DNA of 64,000 nt from Octopus bimaculoides (lineage: Eukaryota), in contig NC_068983.1 of NCBI RefSeq assembly GCF_001194135.2, positions 167,090,795 to 167,154,794 on the forward strand, read 5' to 3'. A model generated the notes under the pieces. The model ran no database searches. It was not told the origin of the DNA and saw only the letters and a program-made list of their open reading frames with translations. Each line of letters opens with the position of its first letter. Within the stretch, counting starts at the first letter, position 1. Made by a program: the position numbers and the translations under genes. Shown here in pieces: positions 63,301 to 64,000 of this stretch.

Positions 63301-63710
63301 CGCAGGCGTGGCTGTGTGGTAAGAAGTTTGCTTCCTAATTGCATGGTTCCGGTTTCAGTCCCACTGCATGGCACCTTGAGCAAGTGTCTTCTACTATTGC
63401 CTTGGGCCAACCAAAGCCTTGTGAATGGATTTAGTAGACGGAAACTGAAAGAAGCCCGTCGTATATATGTTTGTGCATATATTTATGTGTGTGTATCTTT
63501 ATCTGTGTTTGTCTCCCGACCATTGCTTGACAACCGATGTTGGTATATTTATGTCCCTGTTACTTAGCGGTTCGGCTAAAGAGACCGATAAAATAAGTAC
63601 TAGGCTTACAAAGAATATCCTAGAGTTGATTTCTTCTACTAAAACTCTGTAAGGCGGTGCTCCTGCATGGCCGCAGTCAAACGACTGAGACGTGTAAAAA
63701 GAATAATAAA
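63301..63710 (+). mobile_element. SINE family B, best-preserved full-length copy (tRNA-like head, CORE-like centre)
   Basis: GGCGTGGCTGTGTGGTAAGAAG..GGTTTCAGTCCC, then GCACCTTGAGCAAGTGTC, an internal TA/TG tract, and the tail GGCCGCAGTCAAACGACTGA. More than eight partial copies occur in the window (e.g. 34000-34130, 37530-37680, 43660-43830). Confidence 0.88.
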
Positions 63711-64000
63711 AAAACAATAACGGGGCTTGCAGTTTGATACAGTGTTCAATTAGAAAAACTTGCTTCCACAGTTTCTGTCTACCATATTCACTCGCAGGTC
63801 ATTGGTTGATCCAGAGCTGTACTTGTCCAACCAGAAGCCATATCGTTGCAAGGCATGTTTCTTAGCCACACAACCACGTCTGCTCCTGTGCGCGCGCGCG
63901 GAATGAGAATGTTTCGTCAAAAGTTGATTGTCAGTAGCGATCAGATAAAAAAAAACGAAACAGTAAGAAGCCTTGTCTTAAGACAATTGCGTTGAAGAAA

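Overview
This is AT-rich animal genomic DNA, dense in microsatellites and interrupted by many N gaps. The tRNA-derived SINE families, RTE LINE fragments and repeat density look like an octopus (coleoid cephalopod) genome; that assignment is inferred from recalled repeat families, not from a search. One intact protein-coding gene is well supported: a Myb/SANT-like (trihelix, Myb_DNA-bind_4-type) DNA-binding protein with a large 3' exon at 18669-19930 (+). It has a plausible frame-compatible first coding exon at 10544-10643, giving 453 aa. Two isolated minus-strand exon candidates (32755-32876, 5095-5240) suggest an unidentified host gene that would contain it in an intron. The rest is decayed mobile DNA: RTE LINEs, R4/Dong-type LINEs sitting in (TAA)n arrays, two mariners, three SINE families, MITE-like repeats and two Penelope-like GIY-YIG relics. 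The most interesting signal is a set of type I hammerhead ribozyme folds. One follows each Penelope relic (4507-4586 +, 6149-6238 -), and their stem III pairs covary. A ~220-bp fold-back at 51182-51403 carries a minimal hammerhead on each strand. One Penelope GIY-YIG domain is split by a ~136-codon Ser/Thr/Asn-rich insert. Most ORFs in the supplied track are microsatellite or antisense artefacts. Boundaries of degraded repeats are approximate.
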